The notes under the pieces were generated by a model. That model saw only the letters and a list, made by a program, of their open reading frames with translations. It did no database searches and was not told the DNA's origin. 64,000 nucleotides of DNA from Fibrobacterota bacterium. GTDB taxonomy: Bacteria; Fibrobacterota; Fibrobacteria; UBA5070. Where the stretch lies: positions 10,103 through 74,102 of the forward strand of contig JAKPQQ010000116.1 of the NCBI GenBank assembly GCA_029557215.1, in the 5' to 3' direction. Made by a program: the position numbers and the translations under genes. This document shows, piece by piece, positions 43,973 to 53,091 of this stretch; position 1 is the stretch's first letter; each line of letters opens with the position of its first letter.

Positions 43973-44682
43973 CACCAGATGTTCCCCGCGCCGGGAGTGT
44001 AGGTCGCCGCGATCACCGTGTTGGTCTGCACCGTGTCGGCGCGGACCATCCCGGAGAACTTCGAGATCCCGGAATCCACCGAGACCATCCCCGCCGACAG
44101 GCCGACCTGGCTCGCCGAGATGGAAAGCTTCCCCGAAGTCTCGATCGTGATTCCCGAGGCCTCCATCTTCATCGAGTTCCCGTTGGAGTCGACGATCTCG
44201 ATCGATCCGGGGCCGTCGCGGAGCGTCATTTTCTGACCACCCGGGGTTTCCAGGACCAGGCTTTCCTTTCCGTCCCTGTCGTCCAGGGTCACCTTCACGC
44301 CGTTGCGCGACACGATCGACTTCGCCTCGTTCCGTCCGTCGCCGTCCATCGCCGCGGGAGGCGCGTCCGACCCGTTCCAGAGCGCTCCCAGCACGAAGGG
44401 TCGCCGCGGGTCGCCGCCTTCGAACGCCACCAGCACCTCGTCGTCGGGATCGGGGACGAACCAGGTCCCCCGGTCGGGACCGGCCATCAGCGTCGCGAGC
44501 CTCGCCCACGCCTCGCAGGAATCCGATCCCGTGTCGGCGGCCCACGGAAATCTCACCTTCACGCGCCCCTGGTTGTCGGGGTCGCGGATGTCGACCACGA
44601 CCGCCGTGTGGACCCCGAACCAGCGGCCGCCCATGCCTTGCGGCTGGCGGTCGTCCAGGAACGCATCGAAGGGCCCGCTCAT
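43972..44682 (-). CDS. central spike protein, gpV / gp5 / VgrG-C-like (baseplate assembly protein V), 236 aa
   Basis: OB-fold start GVHTAVVVDIRDPDNQGRVKVRFPW...WARLATLMAGPDRGTWFVPDPDDEVLVAFEGGDPRRPFVLGALWN. A beta-helical repeat tail follows. Confidence 0.85.
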   Translation of the reverse strand: MSGPFDAFLDDRQPQGMGGRWFGVHTAVVVDIRDPDNQGRVKVRFPWAADTGSDSCEAWARLATLMAGPDRGTWFVPDPDDEVLVAFEGGDPRRPFVLGALWNGSDAPPAAMDGDGRNEAKSIVSRNGVKVTLDDRDGKESLVLETPGGQKMTLRDGPGSIEIVDSNGNSMKMEASGITIETSGKLSISASQVGLSAGMVSVDSGISKFSGMVRADTVQTNTVIAATYTPGAGNIW

Positions 44683-45749
44683 GCGGCGTTCCCGATCCAG
44701 GCGCGTTCCACGACGATTTCCGTCCGGAGCCCCGATTCGCCGTCGAACCGGTGTTCGATTTCCACGACGTCCCATTCGCCTTCGAACAGGGGGCCTACTC
44801 CGCGGATCCCGATCCGGGACGCGGGGATCAGCCTCGCGTCGGCGACCGCGACCCCGCGTCCGCGCGCGAACCTTCGCGCCGCGGCCAGGAACCGGGCTTC
44901 GCCCCAGCCCAGGGCTTCCTGGTCGTCGAAGGGCGATCCGTGGTTGGCCGAATCGACCCGATCCCCGAACCGCTCCTGCAGGATGGCGACGCCGGTGCGC
45001 CCCGACGCCGATTCCCTCGCGAGGGCGTCGGACCCGATCCGCCGCGAGATCGCGGCCTTGCGTTCCACATCCCATCCGCTCACGACGAGTTCCGTCCTCT
45101 GGTGCGCAAGGTCGGCGGTGGCGGAAAAGGACATGAGGTTCCGGGCCAGGACCAGATCGAATCCGGCGCCCTGCCTGGACGAGCGCGGCCGCGCGTGGAG
45201 GGTTCCGTCCTGGAACCAGAGATCGGCGTCGCGATGGCGCGCCCGCTCCTGCGCGAACGCGAGGTCGGTCTGGTTGGACTGCACCAGCACGGGATGCGTC
45301 GGCCCCGGCATGTCGATGTCGACCGGGATCCCGTGGTCGCCGGCGATCCGCCGCACGGCGTCGGCGTCGGAGATCCGCTCGAACGACCTCGTGCGCCGGA
45401 CCATCCGCAAGGCCTGCAGGCCGTCGTCGGCGCGCACCACCAGCACGGGCGGCGCGCCCGACGGAAACCGTCCTTCGATGGCCAGGATCCTGCCGTCGAA
45501 CAGCGAACCGTCCCCCAGCTTGAACTCCAGTCGCCGGCCGAAGTCCAGGTCCGCGCCGTCGAACAGGGTCCAGCCCACGGATCCGTCGGGCCGGTTTCCC
45601 CAGTTGGAGAATTCGGCTTCGCAATCGGCGATCCGGCCTTCGGTCCTGCGGATCGAGAGCGAAATCAGCCCCGACTCCAGTCCGGCCTTGCGGGTACCGT
45701 CGACCAGGATCTCGGGCCGCGACGAAACCACGTTGTTCGTCCCCGCCAT
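44679..45749 (-). CDS. baseplate hub, phage late control gene D (gpD/gp27/VgrG-N-like), 356 aa
   Basis: Length, position before the gpV-like spike and gpD-like blocks (ILVDG...LESGLISLSI..., LVVSGWD). ATG at 45749. Confidence 0.75.
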   Translation of the reverse strand: MAGTNNVVSSRPEILVDGTRKAGLESGLISLSIRRTEGRIADCEAEFSNWGNRPDGSVGWTLFDGADLDFGRRLEFKLGDGSLFDGRILAIEGRFPSGAPPVLVVRADDGLQALRMVRRTRSFERISDADAVRRIAGDHGIPVDIDMPGPTHPVLVQSNQTDLAFAQERARHRDADLWFQDGTLHARPRSSRQGAGFDLVLARNLMSFSATADLAHQRTELVVSGWDVERKAAISRRIGSDALARESASGRTGVAILQERFGDRVDSANHGSPFDDQEALGWGEARFLAAARRFARGRGVAVADARLIPASRIGIRGVGPLFEGEWDVVEIEHRFDGESGLRTEIVVERAWIGNAA

Positions 45750-45919
45750 CAGCAGCTTCTCCCGCGCAGCGAACGCTCCGCTTCCCTCGCCAGCAGCACG
45801 CGCGTCTCGTCGGCGCGCTGGCGGGGTCCGGGCTCCTCCATCCTTCGCGCCGCGCCGGGGTCGGCGGGGGCGGCGACGGATTCCGGCAACATCTCGAACT
45901 GGTCGACCACCACGGGCAT
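45749..45919 (-). CDS. small conserved-position CIS protein (56 aa), possibly DUF5908-like
   Basis: ATG at 45919, 2 nt after the upstream stop. The MPVVVDQFEML start resembles the MPIEIxEL start of DUF5908 proteins (from memory). The rest of ORF 45749..46396 is R-rich shadow. Confidence 0.4.
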   Translation of the reverse strand: MPVVVDQFEMLPESVAAPADPGAARRMEEPGPRQRADETRVLLAREAERSLRGRSC

Positions 45920-45921
45920 GT

Positions 45922-46620
45922 TCAGCGCCTCCCCTTCATGGTCGAACCCATGTCGACGAGCGATCCCGCTCCCGGGAACCGGGGGTTGTCGACGTCGTTG
46001 GCCTTGGCGACTTCCGTCCAGTCCTTGCCTGCGCCCTGGGCCGCGGATTGCAGGGTCTGGCCTTCGCGCATGGGCGTCTGGAACCCGGTCTTGGGGCCTC
46101 CGGCGCGCCCTGCAGCGTCGAATTTCGTCTTGAGGATCTTCTGCTGGCTCAGTCCGATCGAAATGCTCGAGCGCAGCGGCTTTCCTTCGCTCGAGAAGTA
46201 TTCGAGCGATTCCTCCACGGAATCCACGAGCCCGTCGAACAGAAGCGATCCCCACAGGAAACGGATCTTGGGAGGCAGCCACTTTCCCGATCCTTCGGGA
46301 GTCTCCTTGGGCTGGATGAAGAACAGGACCTCTTCGGTCATGCGGCGGACGTCGTCGACCGCGCCGCCGTCGCCGGGCGCGGTGGCGTCGAACCACAGCT
46401 GCACGGAAAGCTTTGTGGTCCCCGATCCCACGAATTGCCGGCCCGACGTCCCCTGCGCCTGGTCGCCGCCTCCGGAGGAGTTGTCCTTGATCTGGTTGGC
46501 GTACTGGAGCTTGAGCGTTTCCGGATTGAACTGCACGGAAACTTCCTTGCCGTTGGCCTTCTTGCCCGACATGTCGTCGTCCAGCTCGATCAATCGCGCC
46601 TTGGCGGGATTGCCGCTCAT
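45922..46620 (-). CDS. tube-initiator-like protein with C-terminal LysM-like motif (Afp7-like), 232 aa
   Basis: ATG at 46620 overlaps the tube-2 stop (ATGA). Tube-like N-terminus VSVQFNPETLKLQY. C-terminus EGQTLQSAAQGAGKDWTEVAKANDVDNPRF fits a LysM pattern. Confidence 0.7.
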   Translation of the reverse strand: MSGNPAKARLIELDDDMSGKKANGKEVSVQFNPETLKLQYANQIKDNSSGGGDQAQGTSGRQFVGSGTTKLSVQLWFDATAPGDGGAVDDVRRMTEEVLFFIQPKETPEGSGKWLPPKIRFLWGSLLFDGLVDSVEESLEYFSSEGKPLRSSISIGLSQQKILKTKFDAAGRAGGPKTGFQTPMREGQTLQSAAQGAGKDWTEVAKANDVDNPRFPGAGSLVDMGSTMKGRR

Positions 46621-47078
46621 GTTCCGGCCTCCGGAAAACGGATGTCGAAGCGTTCGTAGGCGATCTGCAGTTCCTCCACGGCGATGGCGCCGTCCTTGGC
46701 GTTGAGCGCGGGGGCCTTCAGCTTCACGGGAAGGCACCGCGACAGCAAAAACCTGACATTTTCCGTCTGGTGGTCGGAAGAAACCACCACGACCTCGACC
46801 TCCGCGCGAAGCCCGGGATCGGCCAGCGAATCGGCCATCCAGCGCCACAATTGCCGGCTGTCGCCCGACATGCCGCGCCGCAGCGTGAGCTGGCCCCATG
46901 TGGAAGGCCCCGCGAGCCGGATCTGGCGGTCGTTGCCGCCGCCTTCGCGGATGGTCTTGATCTCCATGTTCATCTCCAGTCCGTCGCATTCGGCGAACGA
47001 TCCCGCCACCAGGGCTTGGCGCGCGCCCGAAGGGACGATCTCGACCAGGAAGTTGAAGGCGGAAAAGGGCCGGATCAC
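46617..47078 (-). CDS. tail tube protein 2 (T4 gp19-like, Afp5-like), 153 aa
   Basis: GTG at 47078 overlaps the sheath-2 stop (GTGA). FSAFNFLVEI...FAECDGLEMNMEIKTIREGG...ELQIAYERF parallels tube 1. Confidence 0.85.
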   Translation of the reverse strand: MIRPFSAFNFLVEIVPSGARQALVAGSFAECDGLEMNMEIKTIREGGGNDRQIRLAGPSTWGQLTLRRGMSGDSRQLWRWMADSLADPGLRAEVEVVVVSSDHQTENVRFLLSRCLPVKLKAPALNAKDGAIAVEELQIAYERFDIRFPEAGT

Positions 47079-49756
47079 GCGCGTTCCTCCACGAGCAGGC
47101 CGCCGCCCTTGGCGCGCAAGGTGACCAGAAGGAACGATAGCGGGAGCGAAGGCGCGACGCGGAGTTCGACCATCGCTGCCCCTTTGTCGGAATCCGTCTT
47201 CACGTCCACGCGGTACGACGATCCTTCGCCGGATCCCCGCATCGCCCCGCGCATCCAGAGGGAGCGCAAGAGGTCGCGGAACGTGCGTTCCAAGGAACGT
47301 TCCAGGGCGCGTCCGGCGGGCTCGAACACGGATTCCACCCCGTGCCGGTACGCCAGACGGCGCAGGAGGCCCAGGAACCGGCGGACGTTGGCGGGGCGCA
47401 GTTCGGGATCGTCCGACAGCGTGTCGAACCACGCCGGCGAGAAGCCGCGGGCCGACCGGACGACGGGACAGATCCGCGTGTCCACGAGCCCCGGGAGGTC
47501 GGCGACGTCCGTCGCCAGGTCGGTGGCGACGACGCCTTCCAGAGGCACGCCGCCCGGCGCGACCCACGGGGAACCTTCCGAGGCGACGCGCGCGAACAGG
47601 CCCGCGATGGATCCGTCGGGCGGGACGGGATTCGTCGCGTCCCGAGCCGGGACGATCCAGGGATGCGCCAGGATCCCGTGCGAAAGCGTCCTCGATTCGT
47701 CGGCGCGCAGCGCGGGAACGTCCGCGATGCCGTCGGACGCGGGAACGGGATCCATCTTCAGGAGCAGCCGGTCGGCGTGCGCCTTGGCTTCGTCCCACCG
47801 GAAGGATCGGGGGAGCGACAGGATCGCCAGGGTGTCGCCGCGCGCGGCCGCGACGCGCAGAAGCGCGCGCTGCACGCGCACCAGGTCGGAGGTGTCGGCC
47901 AGTGTTGACGGATATTGTCGTTGAACGCGAACGAACCCCGTGGCGGGGGCCCGGACCTCCACGGGGTACGACCACGCGCCGGCCTTCCCGCCTTGGATCG
48001 AGCGGACGCGGTACCAGCGCGTGCCGCCGTCGGCGTCGCGCCGCACGAACCGGTTCGATTCCCCTTCGAAGATCGTGTTCCATGCGCCGTCCTTCGATTC
48101 GGCGCTTTCCTGCAGTTGGAACGAGGCGCCGGGGACGGGGTCCGTCCAGCGGAGCATGAAGGTCCCGTCCGGGCCGGGGGGGACGCCCTTGATGAACCGG
48201 GGGTGCTTGAGGTCCTCCAGCACGCACGGATGGAACGTCCCCGTCCGTTCCGGATGGTCGGACGGGTGCGGATGCACCGTCCACCACGAGTCGGGAGACG
48301 TCTTCCTGGTCCACCGCGGATGCGACGCGTCCGGGGCCGCGACCAGGGTGGCTTCCTCGGGCGCGCCGCCGCCCACCTGCGCCAGCAGCGCGTGGATGCC
48401 GCGCAGCGGGACCGGATCGGGGGTCAGCAGGATGAATTGCTCGGCGCTCGGGAGCTGGCGCTCGGTGGGTTCGCCGCACAGTCGGGCATCCAGGAACAGG
48501 TCGCTGGAGAACCTTCCCAAGCCGTCGCGTTCGAGCGCGGGGGCCGTCGATCGCCGAGGTCCCGAAGGCGCGATCGATTCCGGGTCGTCGCACAGGGGCA
48601 GCAGCAAGGCGCCCGGATCGTCCGACCGCAGGGGGAACGACGACGGAAGATCCGACGGGAACGCGTCGGCGGCGAAGGTCCCGCTGGATGCCTCCCGGAA
48701 CGGGCCGCTGGTGGCCAGTTCATGCCGGATTCTGTCCACCTTGCGGATTCGCTTCCCGATCGCCTCGCCAAGCCTGGCGGCGACGTCTTCCAAGCCGATT
48801 TCGCGCAGATCGGCCTGCAGCCGCAACGCGGATCTCCCCCGACGGGTCCCGGACGAAGATGCGAGGCGTTCGCGCACCAGCATCCAGGCTTCGCGGCCGT
48901 CCCAGACGATCCGCCCGACCGTCCCCGGCGACGGCGCGTGATCGGCGTCGACTTCGAACCGGATCCCCACGCGTCCGGACGCGATCCAGTCGATGTCCGC
49001 GGGCCTGTCGACTTCGGCGGCGCCGTGGACCGGCGACGGATAACGGATCCGCGCTTCGCCGCGGCCGCGGAGGTCTTCTTCGCGGACGAGCCGCACCGAC
49101 GGCCCCATCCGGGTCTTCGCGATCGCCGACAGCGCGCCTTTGTCTTCGTCCACGGAAACTTCCGTCGCGAGCATCGTCGCGCGCAGGCCCGGTTCCAGCT
49201 CGGCCACCAGCAGGTCGCCCACCGCGACATCCCGCACCGTTTTGACGGGAATCGTCAAAACAAGACCCGATTCCGGATCCGCTGCGGCCTGCTGGATGTC
49301 CAGCGGAACCGATTCGGAACGCAGCGACAACCCCATCGCGTCGGACCACGATCCGGGATCGCGTGCCTCCAGGATCCGCGGGGCGATCTTCCAGTTTCCG
49401 TCAAGAACGGCTCCGACCGCCGAAGGAACCTGGAATTCGCCGTGGACCGCGGTGGCCTCGTCCAGCACGCGCACGATCCAGCAACGACGACCGCCGTCGG
49501 CGAAGAATCGCGCGACGGTGCCGTGCAGGAGCGAACGGAGCGGACGTCCCGCCGCTTCGTCGAAGGCGAGATCGAAGGCGATCCCGAACACGCCTTCGAA
49601 CGCGGCCAAGCTGTCCACTGCCACGGGTTTCCCGACAGGACCCGCCTGCGCGAATCCCGCGAACATCGCGATGTCCATCCGGGGAAGGATTTCCCCCGGA
49701 TCGGACGCGGCGATGTCGAACCGGACTCCCGGCGGTCGTCGGACAGCCATCGTCAT
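47075..49756 (-). CDS. giant sheath-like paralogue (Afp4-like role?) with large internal insertion including an Fn3-like segment, 893 aa
   Basis: ATG at 49756 overlaps the tube-1 stop (ATGA). N-terminus PGVRFDIAAS...FAGFAQAGPVGKPV and C-terminus HPWIVP...DGSIAGLFARV...ANVRRFLGLLRRLAYRHGVESVFEP...LRVAPSLPLSF align by eye with sheath 1. The middle of about 450 aa is unrelated. Confidence 0.75.
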   Translation of the reverse strand: MTMAVRRPPGVRFDIAASDPGEILPRMDIAMFAGFAQAGPVGKPVAVDSLAAFEGVFGIAFDLAFDEAAGRPLRSLLHGTVARFFADGGRRCWIVRVLDEATAVHGEFQVPSAVGAVLDGNWKIAPRILEARDPGSWSDAMGLSLRSESVPLDIQQAAADPESGLVLTIPVKTVRDVAVGDLLVAELEPGLRATMLATEVSVDEDKGALSAIAKTRMGPSVRLVREEDLRGRGEARIRYPSPVHGAAEVDRPADIDWIASGRVGIRFEVDADHAPSPGTVGRIVWDGREAWMLVRERLASSSGTRRGRSALRLQADLREIGLEDVAARLGEAIGKRIRKVDRIRHELATSGPFREASSGTFAADAFPSDLPSSFPLRSDDPGALLLPLCDDPESIAPSGPRRSTAPALERDGLGRFSSDLFLDARLCGEPTERQLPSAEQFILLTPDPVPLRGIHALLAQVGGGAPEEATLVAAPDASHPRWTRKTSPDSWWTVHPHPSDHPERTGTFHPCVLEDLKHPRFIKGVPPGPDGTFMLRWTDPVPGASFQLQESAESKDGAWNTIFEGESNRFVRRDADGGTRWYRVRSIQGGKAGAWSYPVEVRAPATGFVRVQRQYPSTLADTSDLVRVQRALLRVAAARGDTLAILSLPRSFRWDEAKAHADRLLLKMDPVPASDGIADVPALRADESRTLSHGILAHPWIVPARDATNPVPPDGSIAGLFARVASEGSPWVAPGGVPLEGVVATDLATDVADLPGLVDTRICPVVRSARGFSPAWFDTLSDDPELRPANVRRFLGLLRRLAYRHGVESVFEPAGRALERSLERTFRDLLRSLWMRGAMRGSGEGSSYRVDVKTDSDKGAAMVELRVAPSLPLSFLLVTLRAKGGGLLVEERA

Positions 49757-50205
49757 TCCATCTCGAGTCGTTCGTAGGCCAGCACGAGCTCTTCCATGGC
49801 CACGTCGGTCCCCTTGGCGTTCAGGGGGCCGCTCGTGTGCTTGATGATCCGGGCCCGCATGAGCTTCCAGGTCTGCACGATCTGGGTGTGGTCCTCGTTC
49901 TGCAGATGGATCACCACGTTGCGCATGGCGTTCTGGTCGCCGTTGCGGATCTGGTTGAGCCAGTTGTACAAGGACAGCGATCCGATCACGCCGCGCTTGA
50001 GGGTGACGTCGGTGGACTTGTTCAGCCCCGTCACCTTCATCACGCTGTTCTCCTTGCTGTTGCCGTTGCGGTATTCGGCCACGGTCACTTCCATGCCGAT
50101 TCCGCTGATCTCCTGGAAGCCCGCTTCGGGGCCATCCGTGGTTCCGGTTCCCAGATCCACCAGGAAATTGAACTGGACGTAGGGTCTTTCGCGAAGATTT
50201 GCCAT
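49753..50205 (-). CDS. tail tube protein 1 (T4 gp19-like, Afp1-like), 150 aa
   Basis: ORF in the track. ERPYVQFNFLVDLG...FQEISGIGMEVTVAEYRNG...EELVLAYERL. AGGAGA RBS. Confidence 0.9.
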   Translation of the reverse strand: MANLRERPYVQFNFLVDLGTGTTDGPEAGFQEISGIGMEVTVAEYRNGNSKENSVMKVTGLNKSTDVTLKRGVIGSLSLYNWLNQIRNGDQNAMRNVVIHLQNEDHTQIVQTWKLMRARIIKHTSGPLNAKGTDVAMEELVLAYERLEME

Positions 50206-50235
50206 TTTCCGTCTCCTGTATCCTGTGTGTTCCGG

Positions 50236-52287
50236 TTATCCGCGACGATCGGCCGTCCATTGGCCGACGCGGAAGACGACGAATTCCGCCGGCCTGATGG
50301 GGGCGACGCCGACCTGGCAGATCAGGCGGCCGTTGTCCAGGTCGTTCTGGCTCATGGTTGAACGGTCGCAGCGCACGAAGTAGGCCTGTTCGGGTTTGCT
50401 GCCCAGCAGCGCCCCGCTCTGCCATTCGTTCAGCAGGAAGTCCTCGATGGTGCGGCGAACGTTTGCCCACAGATGGTCGCCGTTGGGCTCGAACACGGCC
50501 CACTGGGTGCCCTTCTCGATGGTGCGTTCCAGATAGGCGAAGTAGCGGCGCACGTTCACGTACTTCCATTCCGGATCGGAGCTGATGGTGCGCGCGCCCC
50601 ACAAACGGTTGCCCCGCCCCTCGAAGAACCGGAAACAGTTGATGCCTTCGGGGTTGAGCACCTCCTGCTGGGCCTTGGAGATGTTGGATTCGAACCCCGT
50701 GGCCAGCCGCACGACCTCGTTGGCGGGCGCCTTCCAGACGCCGCGTTCCACATCGTTGCGGGCGTAGATCCCTGCCACGAATCCGCTGGGAGGGAAATCG
50801 GCCTCCAGCCGCGTGATCGGATCCACGATCTTGACCCACGGGTAGTAGAGCGCCGCGTGCTTGGAATCGATCTTGGCGCGCATGTTCCGCACGTCGGAAA
50901 TCGTCTGCCCTTGGGCGGAATCCAGCACGGCGATCCGGTAGCGCATCTTCTCCGCATGCGCGATCAACAGCGCCATGGTCGCGTTGGCCTGCTTCTGCGG
51001 TTCGCCGGCATAGCCCCAGGTGATGCCGGGAGCGGCCACGATGGAAATGTCCTCGATCTCCTCGAACTGCTTGAGGCCCGTGGAATAAAGCTTGGTGGGA
51101 TCCGATTTGCCTTCGTACTCGGTGGAGGTCGGACGCGCTCCGTCGTGCCCGCCGGTCAGGATCAGGTCGACAAAACTCTTGGGTGTCGTTTCTTCCTTGG
51201 CGACGAATTGCAGTATCGTGTTGTCTGAATTCGGGGTTGAAATCGTGCCACCCAGGATCAAAGGCAGGACGTCAAAAGCCGTCTTGATCTCGACGTGCTT
51301 GGCGATCACCAGAGGCGTGCGTCGAGCGTCGCCGATCGAGGCGGGAGTGTTCGCGAATCTGACGAAGAGGGAATCGACCATGCCGGCGGTGGCGTGGTCG
51401 GGGTGTACCGGAAGTCCGTTCCAGGCAGCGATCTCGGACGATCCGTCCAAGGTCAGAAGCGAAATGGACAAGGTGACCACTCGGACCGTGTCGCCTTCGC
51501 CGGAATTCGGTGAGACAACAAGCTCGTCGATGCTCACGGAATCGCCGGACTTCGGTTTGAAATTCCAGGCGGTATCGGTTTCATTCCACTGGGCCAGGTA
51601 CAGGTCGCCTTTTTTCTCCATCTTCTTGGCGTCCGTCTCGCTGGGCTGACTGCCGTAGATCCACACGAGGTCGTTCTGCGACAGGGTGCCCAAAACCCCT
51701 TTTCCGTTGGCGTCCACGCCAAGCAGGTTGCGGCCGAGCTTGGCGGAAACGCGTACCCGCAGATTGCCCGCCGCACCTGGATGGCGATAACGGATCGCAA
51801 GCTGATTCTCCACGACCTTCTTCAACGGAGAATCCGGCTTGGTTGGATCTTCTGGCCTCTGAACTTCTACGGGTACCATGTAGCGGGCGTGGCCGTCCAG
51901 GTAAAGCTTGGAATCCGCCGTCTTGGCGGCGATCAATTCGGCGGTCGCGTCCACCGGTGCGTAGGGCGATGTCGCGGCGCCTTTGTTGGTGTCCAAGGGC
52001 AGAAACGTGCGGCTCACGTACAGGCGCTTGCCGCCTTCCGAGAAGAACGCCCTCGCCGCGTGCCACATGAAGTTCGGCATGGTCGTGGCTCCGAACACCA
52101 GGGGCTGTCCGTCGCCGTAGACCTGTTCGAATTCCGACAGGTTGGTGACCAGGTCGGGCTCCAGGCAGACCGGGCCGCTGCGTGTGGGACCAACAAATCC
52201 CGTCGTCGTCGTCGAGACGCCTTCGAGGGTCTTGGCCCGGTAGGACGTCTCTTCGACGAAGACTCCTGGCGCGAGGTATTCAGGCAT
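50236..52287 (-). CDS. contractile tail sheath protein, 683 aa
   Basis: MPEYLAPGVFVEETSYRAKTLEGVSTTTTGFVGPT, ...YYPWVKIVDP...PPSGFVAGIYARNDVERGVWKAPAN...NCFRFFEGRGNRLWGART. GGGAG RBS. Confidence 0.92.
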   Translation of the reverse strand: MPEYLAPGVFVEETSYRAKTLEGVSTTTTGFVGPTRSGPVCLEPDLVTNLSEFEQVYGDGQPLVFGATTMPNFMWHAARAFFSEGGKRLYVSRTFLPLDTNKGAATSPYAPVDATAELIAAKTADSKLYLDGHARYMVPVEVQRPEDPTKPDSPLKKVVENQLAIRYRHPGAAGNLRVRVSAKLGRNLLGVDANGKGVLGTLSQNDLVWIYGSQPSETDAKKMEKKGDLYLAQWNETDTAWNFKPKSGDSVSIDELVVSPNSGEGDTVRVVTLSISLLTLDGSSEIAAWNGLPVHPDHATAGMVDSLFVRFANTPASIGDARRTPLVIAKHVEIKTAFDVLPLILGGTISTPNSDNTILQFVAKEETTPKSFVDLILTGGHDGARPTSTEYEGKSDPTKLYSTGLKQFEEIEDISIVAAPGITWGYAGEPQKQANATMALLIAHAEKMRYRIAVLDSAQGQTISDVRNMRAKIDSKHAALYYPWVKIVDPITRLEADFPPSGFVAGIYARNDVERGVWKAPANEVVRLATGFESNISKAQQEVLNPEGINCFRFFEGRGNRLWGARTISSDPEWKYVNVRRYFAYLERTIEKGTQWAVFEPNGDHLWANVRRTIEDFLLNEWQSGALLGSKPEQAYFVRCDRSTMSQNDLDNGRLICQVGVAPIRPAEFVVFRVGQWTADRRG

Positions 52288-52308
52288 GGAGGACTCCCTG
52301 GGTTTGGT

Positions 52309-53091
52309 TCATGCTTGGAGGATGACTGTCGAGGAACCGGGTCTGGGGCCCGACGAGAGGATGGTCTCGCCCGGGCCGCATCGGAGCGTCTTGAACTTGT
52401 CGGGCACGTCGGCCTGGACCGCGACCGCGGGCTGGGACGCCAGCGCCGCGAGGGCGGGGACGGAATCCGTCAAACGGTCGGACGACCAGCGGAAGATGAC
52501 GTCGAACGACCACGATCTGGTGTCGAACTCCTCGCTGGCGGGAAGCCCGATGGGGCGACGAGCGGGTGCGGGTGGAGCGAACGCGGCGACGACCTCGCCG
52601 GTGGGCGAAGACAATCCCGCCGCGACGAGCCTGGAGCCGTGCCGGACTTCCATGACGGCCCACGGAACGGCGACGTTCGACGATCCCAGTCGCAGCGAGG
52701 CGCGAAGGCGCACCCATCCGGCCGGTGCCTGGCGGCAAGGATGGGCGAACAGCGGCACGCTTCCAGCGGGAGCGATGCCGGAGAACGCCGTGCCGATGTC
52801 GGACCAGATTCCGTCGCAGGGAAGCGCTGGTTCCAGACGCACGGGAAGAACTTGGCGGGAAGGGTCGTCGAGTTCCACCACGAGCGCGGTCGGAAGGAAC
52901 TCCGGGGCATGGTCCAGGTGCGGGATCGAATGCAGGGTGTGGACCCCGGACGACGACCTGGCCAGAGGGAACCTCTTGCCGGGGCGCGACGGATGGACCG
53001 CGTGCAAACGGATTCCGTCGGCCGGCTTCGGGCTCCAAGGATCCCACAACCGGATCCCCGCCAGAGGTTCGTGCGAAACGGTTTCGCTCAA
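52309..53091 (-). CDS. unassigned CIS protein, about 260 aa
   Basis: The tail of ORF 52309..53532 is protein-like from about SETVSHEPLAGIRLWDPW. Candidate TTG at 53091 overlaps the DUF4255 stop (TTGA). No family recognised. Confidence 0.5.
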   Translation of the reverse strand: MSETVSHEPLAGIRLWDPWSPKPADGIRLHAVHPSRPGKRFPLARSSSGVHTLHSIPHLDHAPEFLPTALVVELDDPSRQVLPVRLEPALPCDGIWSDIGTAFSGIAPAGSVPLFAHPCRQAPAGWVRLRASLRLGSSNVAVPWAVMEVRHGSRLVAAGLSSPTGEVVAAFAPPAPARRPIGLPASEEFDTRSWSFDVIFRWSSDRLTDSVPALAALASQPAVAVQADVPDKFKTLRCGPGETILSSGPRPGSSTVILQA

